From Bacilli bacterium (GTDB taxonomy: Bacteria; Bacillota_I; Bacilli_A; RF39; UBA660), in the NCBI GenBank assembly GCA_900772415.1, contig CAAHEC010000058.1, positions 4,762-68,761 of the forward strand: a DNA stretch of 64,000 bases, in the 5' to 3' direction. The position numbers and the translations under genes were made by a program. Below, piece by piece: positions 9,660 to 20,662 of this stretch. The notes beneath the pieces were generated by a model. It worked only from the letters and a program-made list of their open reading frames with translations. It had not been told where the DNA came from and did not search any database. The stretch's first letter is position 1. Each line of letters opens with the position of its first letter.

Positions 9660-11453
9660 ATGGGTAAAATAAAAATAATGGATGATGATTTAGCTAATAA
9701 GATAGCAGCGGGAGAAGTTGTTGAAAAGTGTGTCTCAGTAGTTAAGGAATTAGTTGAAAATAGTATTGATGCAGGTTCTAATGAAATAAAAATAGAGGTA
9801 AAGGAAGCCGGCACTAAATCAATTAAAGTAACTGATAATGGTTCTGGCATGGAACATTCTGATGCTTTACTTGCTTTTCAAAGACATGCAACTAGTAAAT
9901 TGCTAGATGAAATGTCATTATTTAGAATATCTTCTCTAGGATTTAGAGGTGAAGCTCTGCCTTCTATTGCATCAGTTTCTAAAGTGAGTTTAAAAACATC
10001 AACAGGTGGTATTGGAACTGAAATAGAAATAGATGGCGGAAAATTAATAAAAGATGTGCCAGCTGATGCAAGGCGTGGTACAAAAGTAGAGGTTAAAAAT
10101 CTTTTTTATAATACTCCTGCTAGATTAAAATATTTAAATAGTATTTATAGTGAACTTGCTAATGTTTGTGAATATGTTAATAAAATTGCACTTTCATATC
10201 CTGAGAAAAAGATAACTTTAATAAGCGATGATAAAGTAATTTTAAACACAGACGGTTCTGGGAATTTGCTTAAAGTAATTAAAGAAATATACGGAAGTGA
10301 TGTTGCTAGAAAGATGAAAAAAATATCAGTCTTTAATGATGATTATGATGTTGATGGATTTATTTCTTTGCCTGAAGTTACAAGATCATCTAGAAATCAT
10401 ATGGTAACACTTGTTAATAAAAGAGTAATAAGAAATACAGATCTTAATAGGGCAATAAATGATGCGTATCATACTTATAAACCAGAAACTAGGTATCCAA
10501 TTGTAGTTTTGAATATAAATACCGATCCATCTTTAATTGATGTTAATGTTCATCCATCTAAACTTGATATTAAATTTAGTAATTTCGATGATTTAAAAGA
10601 ATTAATAAAAAAAGGCATAAAAGATGTACTTGATAAGGCTCTTTTGATTCCTAAAATAGAAACAACAAAACCAGTTTCAGATAATTTTAAAGAGTCTAAA
10701 ATAGAGCTTCAGCAACTTAATTTAGAAAGAGAAAAAATAATAGAAGATGACACAATTGATTATTCCTTATTTGATGATGACGTAATGAATGTTAATGAAG
10801 ATATTACCAATTATAACGAAAATAGAGAAGATGATATAAAAAATTACAACGATGAAAAAAAGAAAATTATAATGCCAGAGATGTATCCTGTAGGGCTTGC
10901 TAAAGGAACTTATATAATTTGTCAAAATGAATTAGGTATTTACATGATAGATCAACATGCAGCAAAGGAAAGAATAAACTATGAGGGTTATAAAAAAGCA
11001 TTTGGAAATCCATTGGAGGGAAGTATTAAAATGCTCGTTCCTTTAACTCTTGAATTTCCGTCAAATGAATTTATTATAATAAAGCAAAACTTGGAAGTTT
11101 TAAGGAATATGCACTTTGATATAGAAGAGTCTGGAATTAATTCTTTTGTTATAAAAGAACATCCAACATGGATAAAGGAAGGATATGAAAATGAAAGTAT
11201 AAAAAAATTAATAGAAGTATTAATAAGTGAAGAGAAAAATTTTTCAATAGAAAAATTTAGAGAAAAAGCTGCTATTATGCTTAGTTGTAAAATGGCTATA
11301 AAAGCTAATATGAATATTTCAATTAAAGAGATGGAATCTCTTATAAATGATTTAAGAAAGTGTGAAAATCCTTACACTTGTCCTCATGGTAGACCTACTA
11401 CAATATTTTATAGTAATTATGAACTTGAAAAGATGTTTAAAAGAGCTATGTAA
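9660..11453 (+). CDS. mutL: DNA mismatch repair protein MutL
   Basis: GHKL ATPase motifs IAAGEVVE and VKELVENSIDAG, C-terminal endonuclease region. ATG 9660 preferred (RBS aaagagg). Confidence 0.95.
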   Translation: MGKIKIMDDDLANKIAAGEVVEKCVSVVKELVENSIDAGSNEIKIEVKEAGTKSIKVTDNGSGMEHSDALLAFQRHATSKLLDEMSLFRISSLGFRGEALPSIASVSKVSLKTSTGGIGTEIEIDGGKLIKDVPADARRGTKVEVKNLFYNTPARLKYLNSIYSELANVCEYVNKIALSYPEKKITLISDDKVILNTDGSGNLLKVIKEIYGSDVARKMKKISVFNDDYDVDGFISLPEVTRSSRNHMVTLVNKRVIRNTDLNRAINDAYHTYKPETRYPIVVLNINTDPSLIDVNVHPSKLDIKFSNFDDLKELIKKGIKDVLDKALLIPKIETTKPVSDNFKESKIELQQLNLEREKIIEDDTIDYSLFDDDVMNVNEDITNYNENREDDIKNYNDEKKKIIMPEMYPVGLAKGTYIICQNELGIYMIDQHAAKERINYEGYKKAFGNPLEGSIKMLVPLTLEFPSNEFIIIKQNLEVLRNMHFDIEESGINSFVIKEHPTWIKEGYENESIKKLIEVLISEEKNFSIEKFREKAAIMLSCKMAIKANMNISIKEMESLINDLRKCENPYTCPHGRPTTIFYSNYELEKMFKRAM

Positions 11454-11472
11454 ATTTGACATAGCTCTTATT
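11442..11472 (+). terminator. Hairpin overlapping the mutL stop (weak terminator candidate)
   Basis: 10-bp stem agagctatgt (11442-11451) / acatagctct (11459-11468), followed by tattt. Confidence 0.4.
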
Positions 11473-11509
11473 TAATGTATAATATACAAAAGTTAAAAGG
11501 GTGGAATTT

Positions 11510-12232
11510 ATGGAAAATAAAAATATTATATCTATAAGCAGAGAATCATTTCTTGAAACAAAGAAAAATTTTGAGGGTAAAAAAAGAGCTTTTGGTAGTT
11601 TTTCTTGTGTTTATTTTGATAATAAGAAAGCTTATAAATTGTATAACAAAAAACCATTTTTATTAGATAATAATGATAACATAATATTTAATCATAATGA
11701 TGTTTTAGAAAATATTTTATACTTTAACCAAAATAAATTTAATATGGTATCAGATATAAAAAAAGTATATTTAGTAGATGAAAATATTGTTATGTATGAA
11801 ATGGAAGATTTAAGTTATATGTATAATATGATAAAAATAAATGAAAATAACTTTGATATTACGTTAGAAGAACTTAAACTTACATGGAAAAATGCATTAA
11901 AATTAGCATTTGAATTATCAAATGAAAATAGAGTTATGTATGATTTAAAAGAAAGTAATGCTTTTATATTAAATGGTAATTTTAAAGTTTGTGATGTAGA
12001 TTTTTATATGAAAGAGAATATAGATAATATTTTAAATATTAATTATAAATTAGTTAATACAACGTTTATAGATTTTATTGAAAGATATTTATTTTCATAT
12101 TGCTATGAGTGTAGATATGATAAACATTTAATAGAAACTGAATCTTATGTAGATGATGCTATAGAAGATTTACTTATTAATAGTAACCCTTATTCTAAAA
12201 CATTAAGACAAGTAGCTAAAAACTTAAGATAA
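11510..12232 (+). CDS. Hypothetical protein, possible protein-kinase-like / APH-CotS-like fold
   Basis: MYDLKESNAFILNGNFKVCDVDFY resembles the catalytic loop (HxDLxxxN) and metal-binding (xDFx) motifs of kinase-like folds. Weak. Confidence 0.3.
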   Translation: MENKNIISISRESFLETKKNFEGKKRAFGSFSCVYFDNKKAYKLYNKKPFLLDNNDNIIFNHNDVLENILYFNQNKFNMVSDIKKVYLVDENIVMYEMEDLSYMYNMIKINENNFDITLEELKLTWKNALKLAFELSNENRVMYDLKESNAFILNGNFKVCDVDFYMKENIDNILNINYKLVNTTFIDFIERYLFSYCYECRYDKHLIETESYVDDAIEDLLINSNPYSKTLRQVAKNLR

Positions 12233-12280
12233 AATAATAATTTATATGATATAATTAATATAATTTAGGGAAGTGATATT

Positions 12281-13150
12281 ATGATAGTTGCTATAGTAGG
12301 TCCAACTGGCGTTGGTAAAACTAATATGTCTATAGAACTTGCAAAACATTATGATGCTGAAATAATATCTTGCGATAGCATGCAAATATATAAAAAGATG
12401 GATATTGGAACTGCTAAAATAACAGATGAAGAAAAGCAAGGTATCAAACATCACTTGATTGATATAAAAGATGTTTTAGATGACTATTCCGTTTTTGATT
12501 ATCAAAGGGATGCAAGGCAAGTTTTGGATTGTCTATTAAATAAAAATAAAAATGTTGTTATAGTAGGTGGTACAGGTCTTTATTTAAAGGCTTTATTATA
12601 TAATTATGATTTTAAATTGAATATTAATGATAAAAAAGATTACTCATCATATACTAATAAAGAGTTATATGATATGGTTTTAAAAATAGATAAAAATACA
12701 AAAATACATATAAATAATAGACAAAGACTAGAAAGTTATTTAAATAATCATAGTTACCATGAAAAAAATAAAAAAGTAGAGAGTAAAATGATTTATGATG
12801 CTAAAATAATAGGTCTTACAAGACCTAGAGATGAACTATATAATGCTATAAATAAAAGAGTAGATTATATGATGGAAAATGGTTTGGAAAAAGAGGCTAG
12901 GTATTTTTATGATAATAATATTCATAGTAAGGCAATAAAAACTGCTATTGCATATAAGGAATTATATTATTATTTTGACGGAAAAATGAGTTTAGATGAA
13001 GCGGTAGATTTAATAAAGAAAAAATCGAGAAACTATGCAAAAAGACAATATACATGGTTTAATAATCAGATGGATGTTAAATGGTTTAATACTTATGTAA
13101 ATGATTTTTCTAAAACAATTAAAGAAGTAGAGGATTATATAGATAACTAA
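12281..13150 (+). CDS. miaA: tRNA dimethylallyltransferase
   Basis: GPTGVGKT P-loop and CDSMQIYKKMDIGTAK. 289 aa. Confidence 0.9.
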   Translation: MIVAIVGPTGVGKTNMSIELAKHYDAEIISCDSMQIYKKMDIGTAKITDEEKQGIKHHLIDIKDVLDDYSVFDYQRDARQVLDCLLNKNKNVVIVGGTGLYLKALLYNYDFKLNINDKKDYSSYTNKELYDMVLKIDKNTKIHINNRQRLESYLNNHSYHEKNKKVESKMIYDAKIIGLTRPRDELYNAINKRVDYMMENGLEKEARYFYDNNIHSKAIKTAIAYKELYYYFDGKMSLDEAVDLIKKKSRNYAKRQYTWFNNQMDVKWFNTYVNDFSKTIKEVEDYIDN

Positions 13151-13180
13151 AAAATCAGGTGGATAACCTGATTTTATTTT
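13151..13180. terminator. Bidirectional intrinsic terminator
   Basis: 10-bp perfect stem aaaatcaggt (13151-13160) / acctgatttt (13166-13175), 5-nt loop. Lies between convergent genes. Confidence 0.7.
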
Positions 13181-14103
13181 GCTTCTACATAAACATTCTC
13201 ATCAAAGAAATGTTCTTTATCAGAATTATTTTTTAAAGTGTTATTATCTATCAAAAAATAATCATAACTTATAATGTTTGAATCATCTGTTGTTATAGGG
13301 TCATCCCAAGTTAAATCCAAATGTTTCCATGCTCCTTCTATATAAACTAAGTTCCATTCATGAGTATCAGATGATATTCTATAATTTTTAATTTTCATTT
13401 TATCTAAAAATAAACTCATAGCATCACTATATCCACTACATATTCCTACACCATCAAACAATACTCCATATGCTGTACTTGAGCTTACATTTGAGTTTCC
13501 AGATGTATTTGCTTTATCATATTTTGTTGTATTAATTATATAATCATGAAATGTTTTAATATTTTCTTCTACGGTTTTGTTCTTATCATAATTTTCATTA
13601 TATATTTTATTTATTTTTTTATTTATTTTTTCTATTTGTTTTTCACTATATCTGTCTTTCTTTTTTAGTATTATATTACCAGTATTTGTAAATGTAGTGT
13701 TTATTTTGTTAAAAGTGTTAAAAGGATGTACAAAGTTACTTAAATCAGTTAAGAAAACATTATTTTCTACCATGCCTTTAAAATCATCTAAACAGGTTTC
13801 ATATTTCGAGTCGCATTTTAAAATATATTTATCCCAACCATTATCTAAAAAGGTATATATAGCGTTTTTTATATCTTCTTTGTTTTTCACCTTTGCATTT
13901 TTATTAATTTTAACGTATTCGTAATTTTCATTTTTTTGATATTCATTACTATTTAATGTTTGTTTTATGTTTTTACTTATATACTTAGAGTACAGATATT
14001 CTAGCTTATTTGAAAATAAATAATAATTATCATATATTAAGTAACAAATAACTACCACTATAATTACCGTTATTGTAGTTTTTAATAATTTTTTAATTTT
14101 CAT
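13174..14103 (-). CDS. Membrane-anchored transglutaminase-like (cysteine protease fold) protein
   Basis: GVGICSGYSDAMSLFL...SDTHEWNLVYIEGAWKHLDLTWDDP gives the Cys-His-Asp transglutaminase core pattern. N-terminal TM. ATG at 14103 preferred. Confidence 0.7.
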   Translation of the reverse strand: MKIKKLLKTTITVIIVVVICYLIYDNYYLFSNKLEYLYSKYISKNIKQTLNSNEYQKNENYEYVKINKNAKVKNKEDIKNAIYTFLDNGWDKYILKCDSKYETCLDDFKGMVENNVFLTDLSNFVHPFNTFNKINTTFTNTGNIILKKKDRYSEKQIEKINKKINKIYNENYDKNKTVEENIKTFHDYIINTTKYDKANTSGNSNVSSSTAYGVLFDGVGICSGYSDAMSLFLDKMKIKNYRISSDTHEWNLVYIEGAWKHLDLTWDDPITTDDSNIISYDYFLIDNNTLKNNSDKEHFFDENVYVEAK

Positions 14104-14135
14104 ATAATCACCATAATAATTATAACAATAAAACA

Positions 14136-14161
14136 CAAAAAAAAGAAGTATTAACTACTTC
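14136..14161 (-). terminator. rpsT terminator
   Basis: Stem gaagta (14145-14150) / tacttc (14156-14161), with the A-run 14136-14144 forming a T-run on the minus strand. Confidence 0.5.
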
Positions 14162-14397
14162 GTTTTATTTAATTTTTTGCTTAAATTAGATTTTAAACGA
14201 GCTGCTTTATTTTTAGTGATAATTCCTTTATTACATGCTTTATCAATTCTTTTATTAGCTAAGTTAAGATTTTCTTCACTTATGTTTTTTCTAGCCTTTT
14301 TAACAGCAGTCTTCATAGCTCCCTTAGGTACTATATTAGATTCATGTTTAACAGTTGTAACCTTAACTCTTTTTTTAGCACTTTTAATATTTGGCAT
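14155..14397 (-). CDS. rpsT: 30S ribosomal protein S20
   Basis: MPNIKSAKKRVKV N-terminus. RBS ggaggtg just upstream, so the start is at 14397 rather than 14439. Confidence 0.9.
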   Translation of the reverse strand: MPNIKSAKKRVKVTTVKHESNIVPKGAMKTAVKKARKNISEENLNLANKRIDKACNKGIITKNKAARLKSNLSKKLNKTK

Positions 14398-14502
14398 AAT
14401 TTCACCTCCTGGCGCACATAACTTCTTATAGTTTATCAAAAAAAATATAAAAAATCAATAAAAAATAGTTTTTTTGGTAAAAATATAAAAGGGTGAATAA
14501 AT

Positions 14503-15510
14503 ATGCATAAAATAAATTTAAGTAAATTTGAGACTAGAACTGATATGATACTTGATTTGACATCTTCTACCAAATCTTATAAAGAAGATAAATATAAGGT
14601 TGATGACATTGATGTGTCTTGGATATATTTAGATAAAAACAATTCCTTAAATAAAAAGGATGGTATATATATTACTATCTCTTTTGATGATATAACGGAT
14701 ACGGATTCTAGATTAAAGGTTAGTAATTTATTTTGTAAAGAACTTAAAAAACTATTAGATAAGGTTGGGTTTAATAATAGATTTAAAACAATGGTAATTG
14801 GTCTTGGAAACCCAAAATCAACTCCAGATGCTTTAGGTCCTTATTGTGTTGATAAAATAATTGTTACTAACCATCTTTTTGATATGAATATTAAGGTTGA
14901 TGAAAAATTTTCTAGAGTATGTGCACTTAAACCTAATGTAACAGGTGTAACTGGAATAGAAACGGAAAATTATATAAAAGGCATAATAAACATCGTTAAA
15001 CCTGACTTAGTAATATTAATAGATGCTCTTTGTTCTTCTTCTATATCGAGGGTAAATAAAAGTATTCAAATAACTAATACTGGAGTATCCCCAGGATCTG
15101 GAATAGGAAATAAAAGAAAAGAAATTTCAAAAGAAACCTTAGGTATTCCCGTAATTGCAATTGGCATTCCAACTGTATTAGATGCATCAACGATTGTATC
15201 TGATACAATTAATTATATGACTAAAAATTATGCTTATAACAAAAAGCACTTAAATAGTAAATCTTCTAAATTCATAAGTAAGCCAATTAACTATTTAAGA
15301 GAAAACGATGATTTAAGCGCGGTTGACAGAAAAAAATTATTGGGATTAATAGGGAATTTAACTGATAGTGAAATTAGATCACTAATGAAAGAGGTATTAA
15401 GTCCAATTGGTTATAATTTAATTGTAACTCCAAAGGAAGTAGACTTTGAAATTGATAAGTTAAGTGAGGTTATAAGTTATGGTATAAATCATAGCCTTAA
15501 TAATATATAA
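14503..15510 (+). CDS. gpr: Spore germination protease GPR
   Basis: VIGLGNPKSTPDALGP, ITNTGVSPGSGIGNKRKEISKETLGIPVIAIGIPTV and LIVTPKEVD match the GPR family. Position rpsT-gpr-spoIIP. Confidence 0.9.
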   Translation: MHKINLSKFETRTDMILDLTSSTKSYKEDKYKVDDIDVSWIYLDKNNSLNKKDGIYITISFDDITDTDSRLKVSNLFCKELKKLLDKVGFNNRFKTMVIGLGNPKSTPDALGPYCVDKIIVTNHLFDMNIKVDEKFSRVCALKPNVTGVTGIETENYIKGIINIVKPDLVILIDALCSSSISRVNKSIQITNTGVSPGSGIGNKRKEISKETLGIPVIAIGIPTVLDASTIVSDTINYMTKNYAYNKKHLNSKSSKFISKPINYLRENDDLSAVDRKKLLGLIGNLTDSEIRSLMKEVLSPIGYNLIVTPKEVDFEIDKLSEVISYGINHSLNNI

Positions 15511-15573
15511 AGGATAAATTATTTTCGACAAATATAATATGTATAAAGTGTTATTTTATATTTGGTGATAATA

Positions 15574-16497
15574 ATGAAACAGTTTAAATCGAAAAAACTT
15601 TTAAAAAAGCAAGCGAAGAAAAAAAGAAGATTAGTTTTTGCTTTTTTCTTTATTTTTTCTTATGTGTTTATGGTTAATTACTTAAATAAAAATCATTTAA
15701 AAAAGCAATTATTAAAAAAGGATGTTAATTATACTAATTTCAATTTCTTTACTGAAAGTGAAAATGTCATAAATAAAATAGTTAATAATCCTGTTAATTT
15801 TTTAAATAATAACATAAAAAAAATATCCAGAGTTTCAAAAAATATTAAAATAGAAAAAACAAAAGAAAAAGGAAAAAGTACTAAAGAAATCGTAAAATCG
15901 GATAGTAGACCAGTAATATATGTTTACAATACTCATCAAACAGAAGAATATAATGATAATTATAGTGTTTTGGAAGCCGGGTTATATTTATCTAACAAAT
16001 TAAATGGTAATGGGTATAATACCATGTTTGAGAGTAATAGTATGAAAGTTTTTTTAGAAGAGAGAAATTTAAAGTATTATAAATCTTATTTAGCGTCTAA
16101 AACTTATTTAAATAACGCTTTAAAAGAAAATCCTACTCTTAAGTATTTCTTTGATATACATAGGGATTCCGCATCTAAAAAAATAACAACAATAAACTAT
16201 CAAAATAAGAATTATGCTAAGGTTTTATTTGTAGTTGGAACAGATAATTCAAATTATGAAAAAAATAATATAAATGCTGTTCGTTTAAATGAAATAGTAA
16301 AGTCATTCGTACCAACAATTTCAAGGGGTGTAGTTTATCATGGAGGAAAGGGATATAATGGTGTTTATAACCAAGATATATCTGAAAACGTTTTTTTAAT
16401 AGAAGTAGGTGGTAAAGAGAATACCAAAGAAGAGGTGGAAAATACTTTGAATGTTTTAATAAACTCGGTAGAAGAATATATAAGAGGAATATTATGA
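15574..16497 (+). CDS. spoIIP: Stage II sporulation protein P
   Basis: IYVYNTHQTEEY, FFDIHRDS and FLIEVGG motifs. Synteny after gpr. Confidence 0.85.
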   Translation: MKQFKSKKLLKKQAKKKRRLVFAFFFIFSYVFMVNYLNKNHLKKQLLKKDVNYTNFNFFTESENVINKIVNNPVNFLNNNIKKISRVSKNIKIEKTKEKGKSTKEIVKSDSRPVIYVYNTHQTEEYNDNYSVLEAGLYLSNKLNGNGYNTMFESNSMKVFLEERNLKYYKSYLASKTYLNNALKENPTLKYFFDIHRDSASKKITTINYQNKNYAKVLFVVGTDNSNYEKNNINAVRLNEIVKSFVPTISRGVVYHGGKGYNGVYNQDISENVFLIEVGGKENTKEEVENTLNVLINSVEEYIRGIL

Positions 16498-16820
16498 TTA
16501 GTTATAAGAGGATTTTTCACATTTTTATATGGATCTTGTTTTTTTCTTTTTTAGTTTTGTACTTTGCTAGTATGAATGGCTATTATGCTGATTTAAATAA
16601 CAAGAAGTCTTCTCTTACCTTAGAAAAGATTTATGAATTTGAAAAGGATGTAAAGGAAGGAAAACCAATAAAAGTTGAAAACTATGTTATTAATATTAAA
16701 AAAGATTATGGTAATAAAGTATCTGATTTTGGTCTTTTTACGTCTAAAATAATTGCTAAGGGTTTTAAATGGGGAATGAATAATATATTTGGTGGCATAG
16801 ACAAGATGGTTAATGAATAG
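16494..16820 (+). CDS. Small membrane protein, YqxA-like by position
   Basis: 108 aa with an N-terminal TM. Occupies the slot of yqxA downstream of spoIIP in B. subtilis. 4-nt overlap with spoIIP. Confidence 0.45.
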   Translation: MISYKRIFHIFIWILFFSFLVLYFASMNGYYADLNNKKSSLTLEKIYEFEKDVKEGKPIKVENYVINIKKDYGNKVSDFGLFTSKIIAKGFKWGMNNIFGGIDKMVNE

Positions 16821-17280
16821 TTTATATGTTATAATTTTCTTGGTGATTATTATGCTAGGGATTAGTTTTGAAATTGAAAATAAATATGACAATTATTTAT
16901 GTAAAATACTAGATGGTATTACTTCTTCTTTTGATAACATAATGGTAAATGGAGAAGTGTTTGATAAAAATGGCAACTCTTTATTTAAAAAAAATATATA
17001 TACTAAAGATGAGTTTGAAAGCATTATAAAAAAAGAAGATTATTATATAGTATTTTTATCACTTGCAATTTATGATAAAACATCTAATATGAGTTATATT
17101 TCAAACCTTAGTTGTTATAAGAAATATAAACCAAAACTTTATTTACAGGTGTGTGATTCTACATTTGTGTCGCTATATTCCTTTAATGACAATATAGTTT
17201 GTAAGGCAAAGGGTAACGCTATTAAAAATCATTTTGATAAAATAGAGGATGCAACTTACGAAAAAATGTATTTTATATGA
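16813..17280 (+). CDS. Hypothetical protein with N-terminal TM helix
   Basis: 155-aa ORF overlapping the previous gene by 8 nt. No recognisable motif. Confidence 0.4.
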   Translation: MNSLYVIIFLVIIMLGISFEIENKYDNYLCKILDGITSSFDNIMVNGEVFDKNGNSLFKKNIYTKDEFESIIKKEDYYIVFLSLAIYDKTSNMSYISNLSCYKKYKPKLYLQVCDSTFVSLYSFNDNIVCKAKGNAIKNHFDKIEDATYEKMYFI

Positions 17281-17282
17281 TG

Positions 17283-17311
17283 TTGACAAAATAGCACTAT
17301 TTCTATATAAT
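17283..17311 (+). promoter_or_regulatory. SigA-type promoter of the trpS leader
   Basis: ttgaca (17283-17288), 17-nt spacer, tataat (17306-17311). Confidence 0.75.
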
Positions 17312-17334
17312 TTAGTTATATTTATATTTAAATC

Positions 17335-17566
17335 GTTTTAGCAAGAGTAGTAGCTAGAATTTGATTATCCTAAGAGAGTAGTTGTTTGGTGTGATGCTAT
17401 ATAATCTTTTTAGTAAATGGACTTGCAAGATGATGCCGGAAAATTATAGTATGGCATTACGGAAGTTATCCGTTATCTTATAACATATGTATGATAGTAC
17501 GTATTAGGTGGCATTAAACTTAAGAATTATAACTCTTATCCTATGGTTGGATTAGAGTTTTTTTAA
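17335..17566 (+). promoter_or_regulatory. T-box leader (tRNA-Trp responsive) with terminator
   Basis: AGAGA box (17374-17378) and ggtg distal-loop element. Candidate specifier UGG at 17418-17420 followed by A. T-box core aggtggca (17506-17513) with bulge tggC matching discriminator G73 of tRNA-Trp. Terminator aactcttatcc / ggattagagtt plus T-run (17531-17565). Confidence 0.8.
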
Positions 17567-17662
17567 TATATAGAAAGGACTTTTTATTATGCTTACGAAA
17601 CGATGGTGTATTAACAATTTAAATAAACATAAAAATATAAATAGAAAGAAGGAAAAGTTATA

Positions 17663-18706
17663 ATGGGAAATATTATATTAACTGGAGAAAGACCAACAGG
17701 ACCTTTACATATAGGGCATTATGTTGGTTCACTTAAAAACAGAGTAAAAATTCAAAACGAAGGAAATTATGATGAAATGTATTTGTTTGCGGCAGATGCG
17801 CAAGCTCTAACGGATAACTTTGATAATCCGAAAAAGGTAAGGGATAACGTAATAGAAGTTGCACTTGATAATTTAGCTTGTGGCATTGATCCAGAAAAGG
17901 TTAATTACTTTATTCAATCTGAGGTTCCAGAGCTTACTGAGCTTACCTTTTATTATATGAATTTAGTAACAGTTGCACGCTTACATAGAAATCCAACCGT
18001 TAAGCAAGAAATAGAATTAAGAGGATTTGAAGAAAGTATTCCAGCGGGGTTCTTTACTTATCCAGTAAGCCAAACAGCGGATATAACTGCTTTTAAGGCT
18101 AATATCGTTCCAGTTGGAGATGACCAGTTACCAATGCTTGAGCAAGCAAGAGAAATAGTTAGAAAGTTTAATTCTATTTATGGAGATACTTTAGTTGAAG
18201 CAGAAGCACTTCTTCCAGAAAACGTAAACGAAAGAAGACTTGTTGGAATAGATGGTAATGCTAAAATGAGTAAGTCTTTAAATAACTGTATTTACCTAAA
18301 AGATAGTGCTGAAGAAATTAAAAAGAAAGTATTTAGTATGTATACTGATCCAAACCATATAAGGGTAGAAGATCCAGGTAAAGTAGAAGGTAACGTTGTA
18401 TTTACTTACTTAGATGTTTTCTGTAAGGATGACTCGTTTGAAAAATTTATGCCTGAGTATAAAAACTTAGATGAATTAAAAGCTCATTACCGAAAAGGCG
18501 GCCTTGGAGATATGAAGATAAAAAGATTTTTAAATGATATTATGCAAGAAGAGTTAGCACCTATTAGAAAAAGAAGAGAAGAACTTGCTAAAAATCCGGA
18601 AAAAGTATATGAAATACTAAGAAAAGGTACAGAAAAAGCAAGACAAAAAGCAAGTGAAACATTAAAAGAAGTTAAAAAAGCTATGATGCTAGATTATTTT
18701 GAATAA
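17663..18706 (+). CDS. trpS: Tryptophan--tRNA ligase
   Basis: Class I motifs [12 protein letters not shown] and KMSKS (AKMSKSL). 347 aa. Confidence 0.95.
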   Translation: MGNIILTGERPTGPLHIGHYVGSLKNRVKIQNEGNYDEMYLFAADAQALTDNFDNPKKVRDNVIEVALDNLACGIDPEKVNYFIQSEVPELTELTFYYMNLVTVARLHRNPTVKQEIELRGFEESIPAGFFTYPVSQTADITAFKANIVPVGDDQLPMLEQAREIVRKFNSIYGDTLVEAEALLPENVNERRLVGIDGNAKMSKSLNNCIYLKDSAEEIKKKVFSMYTDPNHIRVEDPGKVEGNVVFTYLDVFCKDDSFEKFMPEYKNLDELKAHYRKGGLGDMKIKRFLNDIMQEELAPIRKRREELAKNPEKVYEILRKGTEKARQKASETLKEVKKAMMLDYFE

Positions 18707-18788
18707 AAATTTAATTTAATATAGTTATAAAATTATTTAAATAAAATATAAGTATATATAATTATAAAAGTAAATTGAAGTTTTAATA

Positions 18789-18815
18789 AAAAGCCTTTAA
18801 TAAAGGGCTTTTTAC
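18789..18815 (+). terminator. Intrinsic terminator after trpS
   Basis: aaaagccttta / taaagggctttt hairpin followed by ttt. Confidence 0.55.
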
Positions 18816-18857
18816 CTTTTAATCAATGTGGTAAAATAAGTTAGTAGGTGAAAATTT

Positions 18858-20654
18858 ATGGGAAAAGAAAACATAAGAAATTTTAGTATAATAGCACATA
18901 TAGATCATGGTAAGTCAACTCTTGCTGATAGAATAATGGAAAAGACAGGAGCGGTTACAAAAAGAGAGTCTAAAAATCAGATGTTAGATTCTATGGATCT
19001 TGAAAGAGAACGTGGAATTACAATAAAATTAAATGCGGTAGAACTTACTTATAAAAGAAATGGTAAAGAGTATATGTTTCATTTAATAGATACTCCTGGA
19101 CATGTAGATTTTTCATATGAGGTATCACGCTCTTTAGCGGCTTGTGAAGGTGCTATTTTAGTAGTTGATGCAGCTCAAGGAATAGAAGCTCAAACACTTG
19201 CAAATCTTTATCTTGCCTTGGAAAACAATCTTACTATAATACCAATTATAAATAAAATAGATCTTCCAAATGCAGACATAGAGAAAGTAAAAGAGGAAAT
19301 TATTTCAACCTTTGGTTTTAAAGAAGAAGACATTATTTTAACTAGTGCTAAAACTGGATACGGAATAGATGAGCTTTTAGATGCAATAGTAGATAGGATT
19401 CCTGCGCCTAGTGGTGATATAAATAAAAAATTACAAGGATTAATTTTTGATAGCTTTTATGAATCTTATAGAGGAGCAATAATATGGATTAAGGTAGTTA
19501 ATGGAAAAGTATCCGTTGGCGATAAAATAAAAATGATATCAGCGGAAACAGAATATGAGGTAGTTGAGTTAGGTAAGCATACTCCATATGAAAAAAAAGT
19601 TAAAACATTAAGTGCTGGAGAAGTAGGTTACTTATGTGCATCAATTAAAAGCGTTAGTGATATTAAAGTTGGTGATACAATTACTCTATCAAAAGCACCT
19701 AGTAAATTACTTCCGGGATATAAAACTATGAAACCAATGGTTTTTTGTGGGCTTTATCCGACTGAATCAAATAAGTATACTGAATTAAAAGATGCTCTTG
19801 AAAAGTTAAAATTAAATGATGCAGCATTATCATATGAGCCTGAAACGTCGGTTGCTCTTGGATTTGGATTTAGGTGTGGGTTTTTAGGAATGCTACATAT
19901 GGATGTCACGGAAGAAAGAATTGAAAGAGAATTTAAAGTTGATATAATTGCAACAAGTCCATCTGTTGTATATAAGGTAACTCTCACTAATAATACAGAA
20001 TTATTAATTGATAATCCAAATGAAATGCCAGATAGATCAAGAATAAAGGAAATAAAAGAACCATATATAAAAACGAATATATTTGTTCCAAGTGAGTATA
20101 TAGGGCCTGTTATGGAGCTTTGTCAAGATAAAAGGGGTAATTACATAAGCATGGATTATATAACCAAGGAAAGGGTAAATATACACTATGAAATGCCTTT
20201 GTCAGAGGTAGTATATGATTTTTTTGATAAACTAAAATCATATACAAAAGGATATGCATCATTTGATTATGAATTAATTGGATATAAAACAAGTGATTTA
20301 GTTAAAATGGATATTTTAATTAATAAAGAAGAGGTTGACGCTTTATCGGTTATTACTCATAAAGATTTTGCGTATCAAAGGGGTAAAATAATCGTAGAAA
20401 ACTTAAAAAAGCTTATTCCACGTCAACTATTTGAAGTTCCTATTCAAGCAGTTATTGGAACTAAAGCAATAGCACGTAGTGATATTAAAGCACTTAAGAA
20501 AAACGTCCTTGCCAAATGTTATGGCGGTGATGTATCAAGAAAAAGAAAACTTTTAGAAAAACAAAAAGAAGGCAAAAAAAGAATGAAAATGGTTGGAAGT
20601 GTTGAAATACCACAAGAAGCATTCTTATCAGTTTTAAAAGTAGATAATAATTAG
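18858..20654 (+). CDS. lepA: Translation elongation factor 4 (LepA)
   Basis: [20 protein letters not shown] and DTPGHVDF GTPase motifs. LepA C-terminal domain. 598 aa. Confidence 0.95.
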   Translation: MGKENIRNFSIIAHIDHGKSTLADRIMEKTGAVTKRESKNQMLDSMDLERERGITIKLNAVELTYKRNGKEYMFHLIDTPGHVDFSYEVSRSLAACEGAILVVDAAQGIEAQTLANLYLALENNLTIIPIINKIDLPNADIEKVKEEIISTFGFKEEDIILTSAKTGYGIDELLDAIVDRIPAPSGDINKKLQGLIFDSFYESYRGAIIWIKVVNGKVSVGDKIKMISAETEYEVVELGKHTPYEKKVKTLSAGEVGYLCASIKSVSDIKVGDTITLSKAPSKLLPGYKTMKPMVFCGLYPTESNKYTELKDALEKLKLNDAALSYEPETSVALGFGFRCGFLGMLHMDVTEERIEREFKVDIIATSPSVVYKVTLTNNTELLIDNPNEMPDRSRIKEIKEPYIKTNIFVPSEYIGPVMELCQDKRGNYISMDYITKERVNIHYEMPLSEVVYDFFDKLKSYTKGYASFDYELIGYKTSDLVKMDILINKEEVDALSVITHKDFAYQRGKIIVENLKKLIPRQLFEVPIQAVIGTKAIARSDIKALKKNVLAKCYGGDVSRKRKLLEKQKEGKKRMKMVGSVEIPQEAFLSVLKVDNN

Positions 20655-20662
20655 GAGAGATT

